64,000 nt of DNA from Eukaryota sp. TZLM1-RC (Eukaryota; Protista; Metamonada: BaSk clade). The translations under genes were made by a program, and so were the position numbers. Position 1 is the stretch's first letter; each line of letters opens with the position of its first letter. The notes below the pieces were generated by a model. That model was not told the DNA's origin and made no database searches. It worked only from the letters and a program-made list of their open reading frames with translations. Shown here one piece after another: positions 60,443-64,000 of the stretch. The stretch spans positions 1 to 64,000 of the forward strand of contig JAUPSS010000011.1 in NCBI GenBank assembly GCA_040285825.1, in the 5' to 3' direction.

Positions 60443-63205
60443 TGTTACAGATGATGTCTATAACAATGAAATAAGTGTTCTTTTTACACCGATGTTGAGG
60501 GTCTGAGTTTTTGAGAAGTGGAAGATTTTCTTCTTGATACCTTTTTCTTTGAACCTTTGTCAACCTTGGCACTCTGTAGCTATACCGGTCTATCTCCACC
60601 CTTTACATGTGCGTCCATCACTGCCAACATATGCAGCGAAGCATTTCGATCTCTATTCCACAAACTTTCACATGATTTACACATGGTAAGCCCGTGACGA
60701 ATAGACATCTCATGCCTCTTCCATGGCCTAGGATTTCTGCACCATTTGAATGTTTCAACTGTTTTCTCCGCTTTCTTACAGTTGAAACCACAGCAACTGG
60801 TTCGAAACTCATCAATTAAAAAGACCTTATAGCCAGCCTTTTAAATGAATTCCCAAACCTTTTCCTTTGGTAGGTTCTTTGAATTTCATGTGTTTTCGTT
60901 GTTCCCAGTCTCCGATTCCAATAACTACTTGGCTGGGATCACCAATTACTGATTTGAATCTCTGAATCATTTTTGCCTCAGATCTTGTGCGATTAATCTC
61001 AGCCCACCATCTTAGTTTCCTAAATATTTTTTGATGATAGACTTCACCAACAATACTATTCACAAAATTCTTTTGTTTAATATATATGCCATAAATCTAT
61101 CAAACCTGCAGCTTTTGGAATTGAATTGGGATAAAGTTGCTTTCTCATTCTGTTACAGATTTAGTCGTGTGATCATGATTTCTCAAATTGAATGAGTAAT
61201 CAATTTCGTGGGGAATATTGATTTCTTGAGGTACTTCACCTCTTAATAAACTAATTGTTCTTTCAGTCATTTGATTAATTATACTGCTTAAAGCCATCCT
61301 TTGTTGTTGCTCTTCAGATAGTTCATAATTGGATAGATCAATCACTCTACCAGTAGAGTTACTTATTGTGATAAGAGTGTCATTACGTTTGCTGTCTCTT
61401 ATTCTTTTGAATTTGGAATTTTTCGACTCAAATCTTTGTTGATTTTGAGTGTACCTGAAATGAACATATTTATCTCTCTCAGGTTTTTTTGAATGAGTCA
61501 TTCCAGTAGCTAAATTGAAAAAAAATAGAGTTGATCAGATTTCCCTGGATCAGCAGCAGCTGTGGTCATATCTTGGAATTCAGAAGGATCGATGCTGGGG
61601 TCATCAATATTTTTTTCTTCATCTTTCAATTCTTTTGTAGTTTTTTTTCTTGAATTGATTTTATTCAACAACAAATATGAAAACATAAAATACACAATTA
61701 AAACTCCACATCCTCCAAACCTGCCTCCCCTACATCAAAATTTTTAATTGCTAAAGATTCAAAAAATTTGCAAAAAGAAGAGAGTGAATCAGAAATTAGT
61801 TTCATCATTCCCTTGAAAATAGAAAATACAATCCTGTTTTGCCAGTAAACACGATTGAAAATTCTTCCAGTTCTTTCCTTTACAACTACAACAAAATCCT
61901 CAAGGAAAGCCATAGCAGCCTTACCTAGAGATCCAAGCAAAGAAAAAACAAAGGGACAAAAATTATATTAAGCATGAGAATTTTCATTAACCGAGGAAAT
62001 GGGTTTCACATATTTAGCAATTTTATATTTTTCGCCTGCAAGAAGAGGATTATTTACATCCGAGTTAATGAGATGTTCGTTAGAAGAATTACAAGGTTCA
62101 ATAGACATGGCGTCTAAAATAGTAAAACTACCATACCGGGAACAACCAGATCACCTCTTGTCAGACCCATAAAAGCTCTGCTGTAACGCGTACTATCAAT
62201 ATTGGGGTCATCAAGAATTAATTTTGATAACAATGGCTCTAAAAAGGAATCTACTCGATATGATTTGCACATTACATAAATTTGGTCCCTGACATTATAA
62301 TGCACTATGCTTCTAAATGTAATGCAATGTTTACAGTTCAAAAGATGAGTAAACAAAAGAGGTTTACCACATTTACATGTTAAATGATTGGGCAAATTGT
62401 TCGGCCACAGAGAACAACGAAAACGCATGTTTAAAAGCAATTCATTGTTTTTTAACAAAAGTCCATAAACAAAAAAAATTACCGAAAGCGGGATTTTTAG
62501 TTTTGACCAAGCCAAGTCTTACTTCATAATCCAAGCCTTCATATAATTTAACCAGCTGGTGCTGAAGCTTTTTCAGGCAAAAACGTAAATTTGGAAGTGA
62601 TCGGGTGGGAATTTCTTGAACATTCTGAGGAAAACACTGAATCCAGGTATCACTAGGCAAATTATCTAATTCAAATTGAAGTTGATTTTAATAAAAATTT
62701 GATTCACCATGGACCAAATGAACATCATCAGGAAATCTTTGGATAAATTCAAAAATACATTTTTTCCACCTCCTAAGAAAGCTGCTCTACATAAAATCGA
62801 AGATTTCGTGAAACCAATTCCACCCAATTCAGCAGAACAAAAAACATGACTTCGAATTAAAGATTCATTTACTTCCAATAAAGAAAAAAAATTCGACCCG
62901 AAGTTTGTTGAAAAATTCACAAAAATCAAGAGATACTGAAGGAGGAGTTGACCTTAAAATATGAGTGAATTTTACAGAATAACAAATTTTTAATTTTAAA
63001 AATTTGATGTGTTTTTCAATATCACATTCAGCAATAAAACTAAGATCCTTGTCAAAATTCTCCAATAAATTGTTCAACTGGGAATAAATTCTTTTGCAGT
63101 TTCTTTGTACTTTTCAAGTCCATTCTTGATTGAATGAAACATGCTGCTATTCCATCAGTCTCGATACTAGACATGATGTACTTGGAATTTTCTGAATAAA
63201 GTTTT
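60443..63205 (-). mobile_element. Fanzor element, family 4, copy B, interrupted by CRE insertions
   Basis: 60443-61642 colinear with 35270-36455; resumes at 63087-63205 matching ~36445-36560; LWNRDRNAS RuvC-III. Confidence 0.9.
61643..63086 (-). mobile_element. 5'-truncated CRE-like retrotransposon inserted in Fanzor B with a 15-bp TSD
   Basis: AATTCTTTTG(T/C)AGTT at 61628-61642 and 63087-63101; short A-tail; THILRSTPP, ELGGIG, zinc finger and RLE motifs. Confidence 0.88.
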
Positions 63206-63940
63206 TAAATAAATAAATATTTATTACGAAGAAACAAAACAAAACAAAACAAATTTAAACACATAAGAAACAAAATTCTCCACTCCAACTCTTGATGAAT
63301 CCTTATACAGCTTGGACATCATTAAATTTAAGTACTTGGGAACACTTCTATACAAAGCAAAAATGATGCGATGCTTCATAATTTCCCTGCAAAATTCTTA
63401 CCAATTGAACGACATAAATTGTCAAACTCATTGAGAAAATTCAAGGCAGACTGACCAATATTGCCAAAAATCGAGAAGGCAAAAGGAACAAAAGAAAACT
63501 TCGAGTAAAGGTTCCTATTTAAATCATTTAATATCTCAGCATATTTGTCTCGTTCACGAACCTCATTCTTGTTCAAGTGACCATTACAACTAACTAAAAC
63601 ATCATCACGATAAATTAAGGTAAAGGGATCAACTGTAGTAAAATCAACAACAACTTGAGAGGAATCCACAAAAAGAGCAATTAAATCACCTCGACGTGAA
63701 TAAAACAAATTATTATCACTATAATGCTTCAACAACGGTTCTACTTTGCAACTAAAATTGTAACTCTTAAACATTTCAGAGGTCACATCACGAACAGCAT
63801 TATGAAGAACTGACCGATATTGAAGAAACTTCTTACCACTCACAATATGACGGCAATTGGCAAACGGTTTTTCGTTACAAATACAAACAGAATTATCCAA
63901 AAGTCCACTTGGATTCAACCCTAATCTCAAACGCATGTGT
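63205..63940 (-). mobile_element. CRE-like 3' fragment (another family)
   Basis: MRLRLG..CIC..H..HNAVRD..VEP..RGD..DFT..KY..PFAFSIFG. Confidence 0.85.
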
Positions 63941-64000
63941 TGTTTCCAAACTTCATTTGTGAAGTGAAGACAAATGGCTTTGGTTGCTGAGAACTTAAAC

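Overview
AT-rich eukaryotic (probably protist) genomic DNA with compact genes and very short GT-AG introns (26-39 nt). Host genes: tRNA-Glu(UUC), two inverted paralogous SLC6/NSS transporters, an OSR1/SPAK-like STE20 kinase, HTATSF1/Cus2, UTP10/HEATR1, SEM1/DSS1 (missed by the ORF track), LUC7, an RNI-like LRR protein, WD40-like and coiled-coil proteins, and a secreted Asn-rich protein. Intergenic space is packed with mobile DNA: one recent full-length Ty3/Gypsy chromovirus-like element (592-8020) and about 16 fragments of CRE-like RLE non-LTR retrotransposons. The most notable feature is seven Fanzor (eukaryotic TnpB-like RNA-guided nuclease) loci from about four families. One copy (21846-23801) keeps all three RuvC acidic residues and becomes a single 651-aa ORF if two 7-nt homopolymers are each corrected by one base. 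Paired copies define conserved, structured 3' non-coding regions (candidate omega-RNAs) whose ends abut ATG codons, one being the LUC7 start codon. All family assignments are from motif recognition by eye; no searches were run.
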